DNA from: the human T2T-CHM13v2.0 reference genome, Homo sapiens
DNA length: 64,000 nucleotides
NCBI RefSeq assembly: GCF_009914755.1
Contig: NC_060927.1
Reading direction: 5' to 3' (one strand)
The translations under genes and the position numbers were made by a program. The notes under the pieces are model-generated. The model searched no databases and was not told the DNA's origin. It saw only the letters and a list, made by a program, of their open reading frames with translations. This document shows, one piece after another, positions 1-13,668 of the stretch (its first letter is position 1; the number at the start of each line of letters is the position of its first letter).

Positions 1-829
1 CTTTGTTGTTGATACAACTAATACCTCCATGTGCCCCTGTGCACCAGGAGTGGGCCTTGAGGCTGGGATGGAACTGGACTCTGCCAGAATAACTCTGGGC
101 AGCTGGGGCCTGCTCAGGCAGCTACCACCTTTGCCCAGACACCCCTTCCTGTACTGCCCTACCAGCTGGCCCTTTAGAGGCTTGACTGGCATGGGGGCTC
201 AGGCTCTTGCTGTGGGGTTTACTGCTGCTGAGGCCGGGTGAGCAGCCTGGGCACTGTCCCAAGGCAGGGAACGAGGAGGCAACATTCCCTGCACGGGAAG
301 GGAACCTTCCTATATGGCAGTGCACGCTCACTGTCTTGTCAACTTCCTCACACCTGTGCTGCTGCAAGGAGGGACTGCTCTCCCATTTTACGAGGCTCAG
401 AGGGGTGAAGTGACATGCCCAAGACCACGCAGCTGTTTCCAGGCTAGTCTGATGCTTGGGCTCTGCTCTTTTTCTTCTGCCTGCTTTCTCCCTCCCCAGG
501 CCTTGCTCAGAGGAGGCTGTAGTCACACCATGGTTGCTGGCCTGCAGTACAGGCTTCAGGGTGGCTCTGGGAAGGGGGTGGCAGTGGGGCTGAGACCGCA
601 TGACAGGAAAAGGTGTCAGGAGCCCTATACCTGGATGGGATGGGAAGAGGTGGTGGAAGATGGGGCAGCTGCAGGGATGTGGGAACATTTGCAGAGGGAG
701 TGCAGGGAGACGAAATGGTTCTCTTTCATAAGAGAGTCTGTAGAGAAAAAAATCAAAGCTTCTTGGAACTTAAACCTAAAAATGCCAGCTGAATATGATG
801 ACAACAACAATAATAAAATATCTAGTAAT

Positions 830-1015
830 GCCATACATTGCAGTAAGCACTTTTCATATTGTCAATCTTCCCAGGAAATCTGCAGAGTAGACCTTAGTTT
901 CTTTTGCACTTGATGGCTCAGAGGGGTCACATAACTTTCCCAAGGTCACCCAACTAATAAGTGACAGAGCCAGGATCCAAACCTGGGTCTGTCTCATTCC
1001 AAAACCTTACTCATT
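830..1015 (-). mobile_element. MIR SINE fragment
   Basis: Antisense MIR core: ggctcagaggggtcacataactttcccaaggtcacccaactaataagtgacagagccagg. Confidence 0.65.
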
Positions 1016-4000
1016 CTGCCATACCGAGGTGTAATGCATCACAGTGTTTGAGCTTAGGTGACATAGAGGAGGCCCAGAGAGGTTAAGCTGGGCTTGAGAC
1101 CCATGGTGGATTAGTCACAGCCAGTGAAGCTTCCGGTTCTCCAGAGCCACCTTCCCACCCTGCGGCGCTGCAGAAGGGCCATGCCGGCTGCCAAGGCTCA
1201 GCTGTGCTTCTCTCCCATCATCCCACATGCATATTAATCACACACATAGACTCTAATGAGCAGTTCAACCTCTGCAGCAGGCTCAGACCAGAAGCCAGGG
1301 GTCCTCACCAGCTGGGCATGAAGAGCCCTGTGCCCACTCCTCCAGCCCTCCAGAGCCTGAGCCGTGCCTTGCTGAACTCCAGCCTGAGCCATGCCTTGGC
1401 CCCCTCTTCTAATACCACACAGGTCTCCCATGTGACCTTGTTCTGGTCACTGCTGTGTTCTGAGCCTCTGTTTCCACCTCTGGGAAGTGGAGGCTAGCAG
1501 CACCAGCCCCATGAGATGTCTGTAAAAAAAAAGCCAGGCAGGTCCCGGCAGGCAAATTCCCAGCTGGCCTGGCCAGGTTCCCTGTAGTTGTTGGCAGCCA
1601 GGCGTGCTTGCTGTATCTCTACAGCAAGCGGTTTGCAGCAGCCTTGCTGCCTGAGGTCGGCTGGGGCTCAGTGGTCTGCCCTGAGGCTGACACTGCGTAT
1701 GTCCACCTTCTCTTCCTCCTCCAGCTCCCACAGCTCCCAGTCTCCTCCCGCCATGGCCCTTCTCATCTGACTGTGAGCCTGGTTGGTCTGTGTACCTCTG
1801 GCCTCCAGCACTGGGCCGGCTCAGAGCAGGTGCATGGGAACTTGGTGAATGAATGAGTCATTGCATTTGTGCCTGGCTGTTTCCAGATTTGCACTGGCTG
1901 CCATGGGACATCCAGGGGAGAGTCTCTGCTCCTGCCCTCTCCAGGTGACCACGGGGAGATGAGGCAGTTCCTTATCTCTGTCAGTTGCCTCGGAGGGAGC
2001 TGAGCTAGACAGCTGTTGCATGCACTCTTGTGCCCTGAACTCGGAGAATGGCTGGTGAGAGACTCAGGGAAGGCCTCTTAGAGGAGGCAATTTTTTAATG
2101 ACGACCTGAAGAGAACATGGGTTGGATATTGTGTTTACTCCTGGGCCTTTTTTTAACCACCCCCAAAAGTCGTGTAACAAAATGCTCTCAAGTGGAAACC
2201 ACGTTATTGCACCCTGAGGAGGAAGCTGATTGCCTGCTAGACTGAGATGCTGGCTTATTTCTTGGCCTGAAGGTTCTCCCTTGTGCCCTGCCCGCCCCCC
2301 GCCCCCCGCCCCTTTGCCCCCCTGGGAGCAGCCCTCAATCACTGTCTGGAGGGTTGGTGTACACATTCTCCAGCCCCCTCACCCTATCCCTTGTGTTGGC
2401 TCACCCTGTAGCTGGCTGAGGACAAGCCTCTCCTGCCTGTGCTTCCCTTGTCTCCGAGACCTCATCCATTTTCTCAGTGGCTGCACTGCTCCTCCCAGAG
2501 AACATGGGAGATTTAGAAGTACCTCAGAGACCACTAGGGATGCATTGTATCATATGAGAGAAAAGGCTCCACTGGCTGGCGGTGTATTCTGCTGCCAAAC
2601 GGGGCGTGTCTCGTCGGTCCCTATTTGAGTTAGAGGTGGGGAAGAGGCCGAGGCAGGCCAGGGGTAGGGGTGAAGACCGCTTCAGCCACCGTGCAGAAAG
2701 GTGCCTGCGTCCTAGGTGTGCGGGTGATGCCGCAGCCCTCCGCAGTCCCCGGAGAGTTGCTGTGCTGCCGAGACTGCGGAGAGCATGTTCAGGAAGGGAT
2801 TTCCGGGCTACTGCGAGGCGGAAAATTTGAGACTATAAGCTCCTCAACAGCTGTGTCCTCTGTATTGTTTGGGTCGCTGCCTGGAGCACCATGGCTACGG
2901 AATGAATACAAATGCATAATGGAAGAGGCTGTCCTGGGGCGCAGAACAGACTTATTCATTCCCCACTCACCCACCTGCTCCCTTCCCGGCTCCCCTGAGA
3001 CTTTGCTGGGACTTGGTGTTGTCAAAAGTCATATAAATCCTAATGTCATCTGGCTCTGTTGTCCCCCACTGCCCCAGACATCAGGCAGAAGAAGGGAGTT
3101 TTTACTTTTCTCTGTGAGAAGGATGGATGAGGAGGGCCTGTGCCCACCCAAACTTCCTGGGAAGCTGCCAGGACCTGGACCCCTTGTGTCCTGTCCCCTC
3201 GGAACATTCTGGAAAATCTATCCCAGTGCTTTCTGCTTATGAAGCTGGGCCTGAGGCTAACCAGGGTGGAGCTGGCACTGTGGGCAGAGGTACTGTCCCA
3301 GGATGAGGGAGGCCCAGGGAGGAGATGTGGCAGAGATTATTGGAGATCTTGGATCCAGACTCAATGGAGAGCCAGGAGACTCCTGAGAGCAAGTCTGGAT
3401 TGGGGCCCAAGGCCTAGATTTGGGCAAGAAGAGCACAGGTCTTCCTCATCCATCCTTCTTACAGCTAAAAGTAAAAACTCCCTTCTTCTGCCTGATGTCT
3501 GGGGCCATGGGGGACAACAGAGCCAGATGATATTAGGGTTTATATGACTTTTGACAACACCAAGTCCCAGAAAACTCTCAGGGAAGCCAGGAAGGGACCA
3601 GGTGGGTGAGTGGGGAAGAGCAGAGGTAGGAATAACGCCTGAGACAGAAGAACCAGAGGTACCTTCTGCCTCAGTCAGAAGCCTTTTATATGCTTCCTTG
3701 TAGAAGAGGAGCCAAACCTAGAATGCGACAACCACCCAGGGCCCCAGGGGGAAACAGCTAAATAGTTGAATAAGATGGCACATGAGTTTAGTGACCAAAG
3801 GAGGTACATGACTTGTTAGACACTTGGGACCTCCTAAAACACAGGTTGTAGTAGGACCCTCACCTCCCATCATCTGGACCTTATACTTCTTTTGATGCAG
3901 CCTCTGTTAGTCTTAGCTAATTGAACAGCCAGCTCATATTGACCAGTCTCAGAGAACTTGTGACTTTCTTTCATGGAACATATTGCCAGGACAGCTCTCC

Positions 4001-4934
4001 CTGTCCTGCCAGCTGGATTGATTTCCAAGGCCTAAAAACAGGACTTTACAGGAATCCCTAATGGGTTCCATCTAACTGCACTATGCCAGATTTCCTAGAG
4101 TATGGAGACCATTTGGGTTTCTAATTCCATACTCTTTGTGCTGTCTCTCTTTTTCCAGCATGTGCTGCTCACGCATTTGGTAACATCATAGTAAACATAT
4201 TACAGTATATAGCATCCTACATTAAACATAATGGACATGTAACTGTGATCCAAGTTGCACGTGACTTCTTGACATAATGCTTTTTTTTGGTAGATGTTTA
4301 ATTAAAACATATTAATTTTAACTTTATGATTTTCTTTCAGTAGTTTTTGAACCAATAAATTCACCATATGTCTCAAACATTTTTTAAGGCCCTTGAAAAA
4401 CACATAGTCCAGAGCCCTGTGCCTGGAATGAGTGCCCCATGGTTGAAATGGGCCCATTGCCTTCTCCCTGGCATCCTGGTCAGCTGAATGAGCATCCCAG
4501 CCAAACTTCCTGTCTCTGATTTCCTTGTCCTCAATCTATTGTCTTTGTGCATGGCTTCTAAATTCATCACCCTGAAATACCCGTTCTTTCCATTTTCACC
4601 CTTTCTTGACAGTCTGTGATGGTGACTAGAATCAGGCCATGCCACTCAGCCTGCATGGGGACTCTCCATCAGCAGCTCCCAGCCGCCATGTGACCCAATG
4701 TCCCTCTGCCCTTACATAGGCCATTGCTGTAGTCTGGCCAGGGCCTTTGTTGGCCCTTGGACCCGCCATGTTGATTCCTTCATTTCCCCCATTGTTCCTG
4801 CTCTTACCTAGACTGAGAATGGGAAGAGCTTCACTAGACCCAGGGATGGTATTTCAACCAAGGCTTTCAAACTACAGAAACTGTTTCTGAGACTGCCCAT
4901 GTTTTTCTCCAGATTCACACATTTCCCATATTCT

Positions 4935-5085
4935 GTTTTTGTTTGTTTGTTTGTTTTTTGGTTTTTTTTGAGACAGGGTTTACCCAAGTTGGCCAAGCTG
5001 GTCTTGAACTCCTGACCTCAGGTGATCCACGCGCCTCAGCCTCCTGAAGTGCTGGGATTACAGGCATGAGCCACCGTGCTTAGCC
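4935..5085 (-). mobile_element. Monomeric Alu (AluS-type left arm plus A tail)
   Basis: Left-arm sequence runs directly into the poly-A/T tail. 18-bp TSD acacatttcccatattct at 4917-4934 and 5086-5103. Confidence 0.85.
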
Positions 5086-5639
5086 ACACATTTCCCATAT
5101 TCTTGATCCTCTCTGAGAACTATCTCCTAATACCTCTTCACTTTGACTTTCTGCTTGTCTCTCACAGAGGAGAGAGACTGGCCTCCCTCCTGTTCAGTGA
5201 GGAGGAATGGTCTCTGGGATCTGCAGGTAGCTATATTTGGGAGGCAGGACCTGACAGGGAACTGAGATGTGGCTGGTCCCACAGAGCAAAAGGTCAGTGA
5301 GCCTCTGATTGGCTGGCAGATTGATAATATTTAATAATAGAAATAATTTTAAAAGAAAGTGTAATTACCAATAATAAGAAAATTACTGATAATAATAGTG
5401 ACCCTTTAATGAATAGCCATTGTATTGGAGTTCCTAGTCTGAGCACTTTACATACATTACCTTACTTAATTCCCGCAGTATTTACATGAAACAAAAACAG
5501 GCTCAGAGCAAATGCCAGAGACATCTAAGGTCACATGGGCTGGGAGGACAGCTCAGGCCTGTCTGGTTCTCAAATCCATGCCCTTTCTTCTTCACCAAAC
5601 CATTTTTTTACTAACCAGCAACTATTTGCCAGTTTGTAG

Positions 5640-6328
5640 AGAAATGCAGTGTTCCACTGATCCATCTAGTCCTTCACCGGTACCAAGTGGTTTTAATTAC
5701 TGCAATGCTATGGTTAAAAATCTGTTTTAATAGCTGATAGGACCACTCCCACCTTACTCCTCTTTGTTTTAGATGTTTCTGTTTCGTCTTTTGTGTTTGT
5801 TTTTTTGAAGAATTTTAGTTAATTATTTTAGTATGGTCCCCACAAATCCTGTTGGTATTTTGATTGAGATTATATGGCATTTATAGATTATTTTAATGGA
5901 TAAATGATATTTTTAAATTGTTGGGTATGCCAATCCAAACATAAATGTCTTTCCATTTATTCAGCTTTTGTTATATCTTTTAGTATATTTAATTTTTTTC
6001 TTACAAGTCTTACATAATTCTTGTCACGTTTATCCCTAAGTATTTAGGGATATAAAATTGTTTTTATTATGAAAGAAGCCTATCTTTCATTGTATTTCCT
6101 AACTTGCTATTTGTCTAGAAGGAAGCTGATGATTTTTTGTTACCAATTTTGTAATTATCTGCCTCACTGAATTCTAAGTTCCTCTAGTAGATTCTCTTTT
6201 GATTCTCTAGGGTATTCTAGGTATACCATCAAATCTTCTGCAGATAATGACAATTTTGCCTTCTTTTTCTATATAATTATTTGGCTAATACATCTAGAAC
6301 AGTGAAAGGTAATAGTGGTGTTGGTGGG
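5640..6328 (-). mobile_element. Ancient L1M (L1ME-type) ORF2 fragment
   Basis: Degenerate antisense ORF2 motifs (gttggtattttgattgagat..., tttatccctaagtattt, atcttctgcagataatgacaattttgcc). Confidence 0.65.
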
Positions 6329-6698
6329 TGTCTTAGTTCATTTTCTGCTGCTAGAATAGAATTCCAAAGACTGGGTAATTTATAAAGACAGAAGTTTATT
6401 TGTCTCACAGTTCTGGAGGTTGGGAAGTCCAAGAGCATGGCATTGGCATCCGGCGAGGGTCATCCCATGGTAGAAGGTGGAAGCGAGCACATGAAAAAGA
6501 GACCAGATGGGGCCAGACATCCTTTTATCAGGAGGCCCCTCCCAAGATACTAACCCACTCCTATAGTAACAGCATTAACATATTTCTGAGCATGGACCCC
6601 TCAGGACTTCTTACCTCTTAAAGGTCCCATCTCTTAATACTGTTACAATGGCAATTAAATATCGACATGAGTTTTAGTGGGACATTTAAACCATAGTA
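6329..6698 (-). mobile_element. ERVL-MaLR solo LTR (MST/MLT1A-like)
   Basis: tgtcttagt...ctgggtaatttataaag...tcacagttctggagg...aaccatagta. 5-bp TSD gtggg/atggg. Confidence 0.8.
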
Positions 6699-6707
6699 AT
6701 GGGATAA

Positions 6708-6907
<200 letters not shown>

Positions 6908-7721
6908 TAAATAATATGTCACCATTTTGTTATACCATAATCCAATTAATGTCCTTTATTTTGTATGTATAGATTGCTTATAAGTAATATTGCAAGGAAT
7001 GCTCTTATTTATACATTTACCACCCATGTTATTTATATCCATGTGGTAGATTGTTAGGAGTAAAAATGATGAGTCAAGGAATAAAACTGTTTTTGACATT
7101 GCTGATGCTGAATGCCATCTGATTTCTCAGAAAAGATTTCTTTGTTAACCAAAGTGTATACTTCAAAGCTTCAGATGTTGGTTAGTGCCTTGCAGAATCT
7201 TAGGATAGTGAGGGGATTTCCTTAGAAGGGAATTTTTGTGGTGTGAGCTTGTACGTTAGTCTTGTTGGGAAGGTGTTTTATTGTGAGCTTAGATTTAGAT
7301 AAGAACAAGACATCGTGGCACCAGAATGTGCTGGTACTGAGGCCATCCCCCCTAACCTGAGGTCAGTCAAACAGAGCCTCTGTTTACTTCTTTCTGAGAA
7401 TCCCCTTCCATTAGGGACTGTTATAAACCATGCAACCATCAGACACATGCCCTAGTATGGTCTTGACTGGTCTTGTCCAAGCCCAAAAAGCCACAGTTTT
7501 GTGATAGTGGCTGTCATCAGCCATACAGCAGCCATGTGGCCTCTTCCTCTGGCTCCCCATGGCTCTGCCCTCTGTGCTGACTTTGCACAAGTGTCTCACT
7601 CTCACTCATTCTCTCTCATTGTTCTCTGGTGGTCAACCCAACTGCCCTGTAGTGAGCTGCTGGGCTGTGCCCTATTCTTCCCTGGCAGCTCTTATCTTCT
7701 CTTGCAGAAAATAGACAGAAG

Positions 7722-8178
7722 TGTTATGAGTTGATTGTGTCCCCCACAAATTCATATGTTGATGTCCTAACCCCAGCACCTCAGAAAGTGACCTCATTGG
7801 GAAATGAGGTCATTGCAGATGTAATAAGTTAAGATGAGGTCATCAGGGTGGGCCTGAATCTGCTGTGACTGGTATCCTTATGGAAAGGGGAAATTTGGAC
7901 ATAGACATGCACACAAGAAGAACGCCCTGTGAGCATGAATGCAGAGACCAGGGAGATACATCTATAAGCCAAGGAAAGTCAAAGATTGCCGGTAAACCAC
8001 CGGAAGCTAGGGGAGAAGCATGCATGGAACAGATTCTCTCTCACACTCCTCAGAAGAAACCAACCCTGTAGACACCTTGATCTTGGGCTTCCAGCCTCCA
8101 GAACTGTGAGGCAATAAATTTCTGTGAAGTTACACAGTCCATGGCACTTTGTTACGGCAGCCCCAGGAAACTGATACA
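7722..8178 (+). mobile_element. ERVL-MaLR solo LTR (MLT1C-like)
   Basis: tgttatgagttgattgtgtccccc...ccagcctccagaactgtgaggcaataaatttctg...ggaaactgataca; TG...CA ends. Confidence 0.85.
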
Positions 8179-8989
8179 CAGGGTTAGGGTGCATCTTCTC
8201 AGCCAGTGTGAAGCAAAGGTTCTTCACTGCTGAGGAATGACTTGTCATGGTGGCTTGAACAGGTGAGGCCAAGGGTGGAGAGGCGGCAGGAGGGGAGAGG
8301 AGAGAGAGCCTGTGGAGTGGGTACCCTGAGTCCTGGGGTGTGGTAGCCCTCGGTATGGGCAGGGGCCTAGGGAGAGAAGGGAGGGTGCCCTGGTACCCAC
8401 ATTGTAGCCCTCTGGTGAATGCTTGTTTTATAAACTCAACAAAGGGTCCCTGTGAAGTGGTTGGAGGCCCCTTTTCCAGTGCCCAAGACAGATAGCTGCC
8501 CCTCTGGTAGCGGGGATGCATGATGGCCAAGAAGGGAATGGAAACTCCCAGACAGCAGAGGGCTGGGTCCCCCTGACACCTGCAGCTCTGTGAGTATGGA
8601 AGGATGTGGTACGAGTTGTCATGGGTGAATGGCACTGGCCCAAAAAATGCCACCTGGACCTTCTGAGGCTGGCAGTGAAGGAGCCCCCCGAGGAGAATGG
8701 TGGGTGGAGCTTAGAGCCCAACTCTTGTCCCCTTGGACACTGCCACAGCTCTCACCAGGTTGACACTGCCATGCTTTAGTGACCTGGCCAGAGTGATCTG
8801 AGGGCCCACGCTTTGCACCTCCCCTCAGCATCGCACTAAGGCTGGGAGGTCAGGAGAGACAGACCTGGCAGGACCAGGGGCTGGGAACCTTCTTTCCATG
8901 ATAGCACTTTTGTCTTCAGCCTGGGGACACCTGCCAGGTGGCCCCTGCCCACCTCCTCGCTCTGCAGCTGGGGCAGAGACTTAGGAGTC

Positions 8990-9210
8990 CAGCTACCAGG
9001 GGGAGAGCCCAGCTCTGCCCCAAGCTAGTTCTGGAACCATGACTGAGTTACTCAACCTCTTCAAGCCTCTGTCTTCCCATCTGTAAAATGGAGACAATAA
9101 TCCCCGCCTCGCAAAGTTCTCCTAAGGATTAAATAATAGAATGGGTATAAACTGCCCAGGACGGTGCTGGCACACAGTGGTGATCACCATCAGATGGCTC
9201 TTATTATTAC
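8990..9210 (+). mobile_element. MIR SINE
   Basis: gagttactcaacctcttcaagcctctgtcttcccatctgtaaaatggagacaataat...gattaaat...gtgctggcacacagtg. Confidence 0.7.
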
Positions 9211-9589
9211 CTGTGTAATATTCCCCAAATCATGGACACCTAAATTCTTTCCCACGTATTAATGTTTTTACCTTCCCTTAAGCTAAACAACTGACAGCAC
9301 ACTAAATAGAAGATGCACCGATAACGTGTTGCACATCTTAAACTAGTCATAATAGGTTCTGCACTATTCGTTTCCACGCACCAGCCCTTGCTCACTGGAG
9401 ACTTGTAGGTTTCCCTGAAGCATTTAGAGAGATGCTTGTAAAGTCATCATGCTTCCCTGAAGGCAGTACTCCTTCTCAAGGGCCCTTTCCTCCAGGAATG
9501 CTCCTCTAGCCCCACATTTCGTGCCTTTCCAGTTGTGCAGTGGATTCTCACATAAATCACCAAAAGTTCTAATAGTTTGTTTATTCATG

Positions 9590-10230
9590 CTTTCATTGAT
9601 TCATTCATTCCTTCATCTAAGACTAGGAATTACTCAAGCAATAAAGGTGTATCCAGGCAGAAAGAGCAAGAAATCGGAGTTATGAGAGGGCTCGGGGTCT
9701 GGGGCAGCTCAGTGTGGATAGAGCTGGAGTGAAGGGTGTAGTCACTTAGTAACTGAGTAATATATACAGAGCAGGTACTGTGGCCAGGCCCTGTGCTAGG
9801 TACTGAAGATAAGGCAGCGAACAGGCAGCCAGGGATCCTACCCCATGGAACGTACAACTTAGCAAGGAAAACATACAACCGATTACAGAAATTAGCCTGT
9901 GGTTACTAGTGTGCAGGGTGGCATGTCGGGAAGGTAGATGGTCCTGGGAGAGTGTATGAGTGGGGCCTGGTCTGTCTTGAGAGCCAGAGAAGGCCAATCT
10001 AAGGAACCTCTAAGCTTAGAGGAGGAATTAACAAGTGAGGTGCCTGTTTGGGGGTGAGGGATGAAGAAAAAGGTATTCTAGGCAGCAGCAGCAGCATGTG
10101 CAAAGGCCCTGTGGCAAGAGGGAGGCTGGCACAATTTAAGAACTCAGGTGGCAGGTGACATGCAGGGAGCATGGCAGGAAAAAAAGCTGGAGAGGCAGGC
10201 AGGGTCTCACAGAGGATAAAGGAACCAAGC
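9590..10230 (-). mobile_element. L2 LINE 3' fragment
   Basis: (ATTC)n tail, then ggccaggccctgtgctaggtactgaagat and ggcagcagcagcagcatgtgcaaaggccctgtgg. Confidence 0.7.
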
Positions 10231-12959
10231 AGGAACAGAAACTTTGTATATATGAAAATTTTCAGTAAGGATAAGTTGGGGTGTGGGCAAAATTGCAGAC
10301 TTACTAACAGGTAAGTGGCCCCTTTGAGATGCCTGGAGGTCAATGCGGTTGCTCAAAGAAAGCATGGCCAAGAGAACACTGCCTGGCAGAACTCCTCAAG
10401 CCCTAGGGCAGCCAAGCCTGCCCATGAGGAAGAGGCCACATCTCTGCCTCTACCTCACACTTGGACTCCAGGACTCCCCTCTATTCCCAGACCCTAAAAG
10501 AGGATTTCCTGCAGCCCAAACCAGATACGGTCACTTACAAAAAAAGGAATGGCTCCCAAGTGGCCGCGCCTGTCCTGGGTGCTGCATAAAGCTGTTTGAT
10601 GTCTCTGTTTTCCCAATACCTGATTGTTAACAACAGGGCTTTAGGAATCCCAGTGGCAAAGGGGCAGCCTCTGAAGACAGCAGCCTACACTGGCCTGGAG
10701 CCATGTCCCCCTCTGAGCTGGCTCCATTTGCAGACCTAGCATGCCCTTTCAAGGCACAATTAATTCTAAAGCAGGAGCTGATAACAGTGAACCCTGGGGT
10801 AGGCCACATCCCCCAAGGCAAGTCAACTAGGACTTGTTACTGAGCTACTCCAGGTCAGGCACAGTGTGGACACAGAGGGGCCCCACGACAGGGAGCAAAG
10901 AGCTTCCCATCCAGCTCACTCATCAACCCAAGGAAATGGCAGCATCGGAACAGCACACACTTTTGGTGCCCTCAGCTGTACACAATCCTGACCCTGAAAA
11001 TGAATGGAAAAGACTCAGTTGGTGCCTGGGAAGGAATCAGCTTCTGTCCTGAAGTATATTAAAGAAAGGTCTTCTCAGGTGCTACTTGCTTGCAGTTCAT
11101 TTATACCTCCCTGGTTACCTGCCTCCCATTCCCTCCGCACAACAAACCACAAATGAGAATGTAGGGTAGGTAAGGCCAGAGACAGGCACACCAGCCGCAA
11201 CCCTCCAACAGCGAACTGCCTACCCACATGAGGGACACAGAACAGCCACAGCAAACAAGAACTCTTAAAGTGCAGCTGTCCGGAGCCATTCAGCAAAGGG
11301 GCATGAGGCCCAGCCCTCAGGAGCCAGGCAGAGCAAGGTTGTAGTACCAAAAATGACCTTTTTTTTTTTTTTCCTTCTAATTCTGAATCCTCCAGAATGG
11401 ATTCAGTTATGTTTAGGGTGATTAGTTCAAGATCAGGGAATAATGAGTCTTAGAAAAATTCCCACCCAAAGAGATCATGCTCAAAGTAGGTTCGTCACTT
11501 AAAAGGACCATTGATCCGACAAATTCACTCATGTTGAGAAAGCTTTCCCCAACAGTTTCCAATAAATGAGGTGTCAGTGAAATGATCTCAGCAGTGAAAT
11601 AAATAATACCAGCATTAAACTATAAAGCAGCCCCTAGAAGGGTGTGATTATCTAGTGAGGGGTACAGACAAGGAGTGCCTGCAGGTCCCTGCGGGTGCAG
11701 AATGACAGAGGGACTGGGCCGAGAGGAGGACCTTGTGCAGCATTGAAATGGGGCAGGAATGGGCTGGAGGGAGAGGGCAGGGGAAAAGCACTCCAGGCAG
11801 TGGGAGTGGCAGGAGCAAAGGCAAGGGGCTGGAATGTGCTTCATTTCTTGGGGAAGGGGAAGAAAGTACATGAGACTGGCAAGAGGGAAGTTTGTGGGTA
11901 GATTCCTTGAGGAGAGCCTGCTGGGGCCAGACTGTGACCTGGACACGCTGCAGACACCTCCCAGGTGGCTGCCACTGACCAGCCACAGAAGCTTCTTTGA
12001 GGGCCTCCCAGACACACCCCCAAGGATCTCCTCTGCATGGCAGATGGCTGGGGTTGTTTTTGGCAGCTTAGATTCTGGAAGTCTGTGGGAGGAGATGGCC
12101 AGGCGGGAATGAAAGGCTGCCAGACCTCGTGACCTGCACACAGGTGGCCGGTGTCAGGCAGGCAGTGGTGTCTGCAGACTTTGCTGCCCAGACCTGGGCA
12201 GGGCCTGCCAGGGCGTCCTGGGAGCCAGCACAGGCTGCGCGGCCGGCCCATCACAAGTGAGCCTTTGTGGCCCCGGTTTACGAAACCAGCCAAATATTTT
12301 CCTTGTCACTTTATGAGGTGCTAGGTCTACCCATTCAAGCTGGGAAAAATAAAGCGTCACAGAATTTGCGCCGTTAGAATTGAGGAGGTTTGAAGTGAAC
12401 CAATGCTCCTTTTAAAAGAATTCTGTGCCCCTGGGAAGGCCTGTCAGCCTGAGGGGTAGGAGTACACCCAAGATCCCACCTCTGGAAGGGATGGGTACCA
12501 TCCAAGCCGCCTGCAGGTTTTACAGACGTAGAGAATGAGGCCCTGAGTCTGGAAAGTCTTCAGCCCACAAGGCGGATGGAGTCAGATGAATGAGGAGACT
12601 GAGTTCCTTAAATATCTTTAGCACCATACATTCAGGAACCATTTTAGCCTCTTTTTCACAGGTGAGGCCAGAAAGGCTCACAGAAAAGGGTGGATGGGAA
12701 TTCTCCTTCAGAACTTCACTGCAAGGCAGAAAGGATTCCAGAAGGGCTTTGAGGCTGAGGTGCGTGGTGAAACGGGATGTTACACACTGAAGTTGAAAAG
12801 CATCCGCCTTGTGCAGTAAGCCAGTGGGCAGTCACCATTGCGCTGATTCCTGGCCTCCCACTGAGTTCCCACATCCCCTACAAAGCCCCATTTCTTACTG
12901 CCCATGGCCTATAATTTCATTGGTAGATCTGCTTCCCTTTTGCCTCTAGTAATAAGTTT

Positions 12960-13220
12960 CATTTATTGGGTACTTGCTATATTATGCCAAGCATTCCACT
13001 AGGTACCTCATTCATTCATTTAACTGAGATTTATCAAACACCTACTATATGCTGCCCCCCGAGGATGCAGCAGCCCTGTCTGGCGTAGTATTGAATCCAT
13101 TGTTACAGATGGATCATTTGAGCTCAAAGAGAAGTGACTTGCCGAAGACATACAGCTAATACACGGCAGAGTTGAATTTCAAAGCCAGGCGGGTCTGACT
13201 TCAAGGTATGGCTTCTCTCC
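12960..13220 (-). mobile_element. MIR (with short L2 tail) fragment
   Basis: atttattgggtacttgctat...ccattgttacagatg...gagaagtgacttgccgaagacatacagctaat. Confidence 0.55.
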
Positions 13221-13485
13221 ACTCCCTCATTGACAGGGTTAGGAAGAGGCAAGTAATTAATAAAGAAGACACAATGTAAGTAATCATAATTCTTTTCTTT
13301 GCCTTCAAAGTTATAATAAAATAGATTAAAGTTTTAAATGCTTACTACGTTTTTTAAAAAAATTTCTTTTCCATCTCCCTTTCCTGGTAAACTGCTTATT
13401 ATCTTTTAGATGAAATAAAGATACACTTTCATAAAAGAGAATCCGTGATGGCCACTTAAAATTCCACACTACATGTGGTAACTAC

Positions 13486-13504
13486 ATCGCCACCTGGTGG
13501 TACA
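13486..13504 (-). promoter_or_regulatory. CTCF core motif (reverse)
   Basis: Minus strand reads ACCACCAGGTGGCGAT, matching CCASYAGRKGGCR. Confidence 0.65.
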
Positions 13505-13649
13505 GATTTTGCATAACGGGATGTAAATCAAGAGCAAAGACAACAGCTATGGGCCATTGGAAGGGACTACAATTTGGAAGTGAGAATTCAGAGGTTTTAG
13601 TCTGTGCTCTGCCCTAGACTGGCCGTGGTGGCACTGAGTCAGCCACTCC

Positions 13650-13668
13650 AGCCCTCTAGGTGGCAGAT
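13650..13668 (+). promoter_or_regulatory. CTCF core motif (forward)
   Basis: gcCCTCTAGGTGGCAGa, close to the CTCF consensus. Confidence 0.5.

Noticed and set aside
122-3547. Several 130-199 aa ORFs
   Set aside because: No recognisable domains, many non-ATG starts and overlap with MIRs; expected by chance in GC-rich intron.
7979-8653. 224-aa minus-strand ORF
   Set aside because: Runs into an MLT1 LTR and has no protein-like features.
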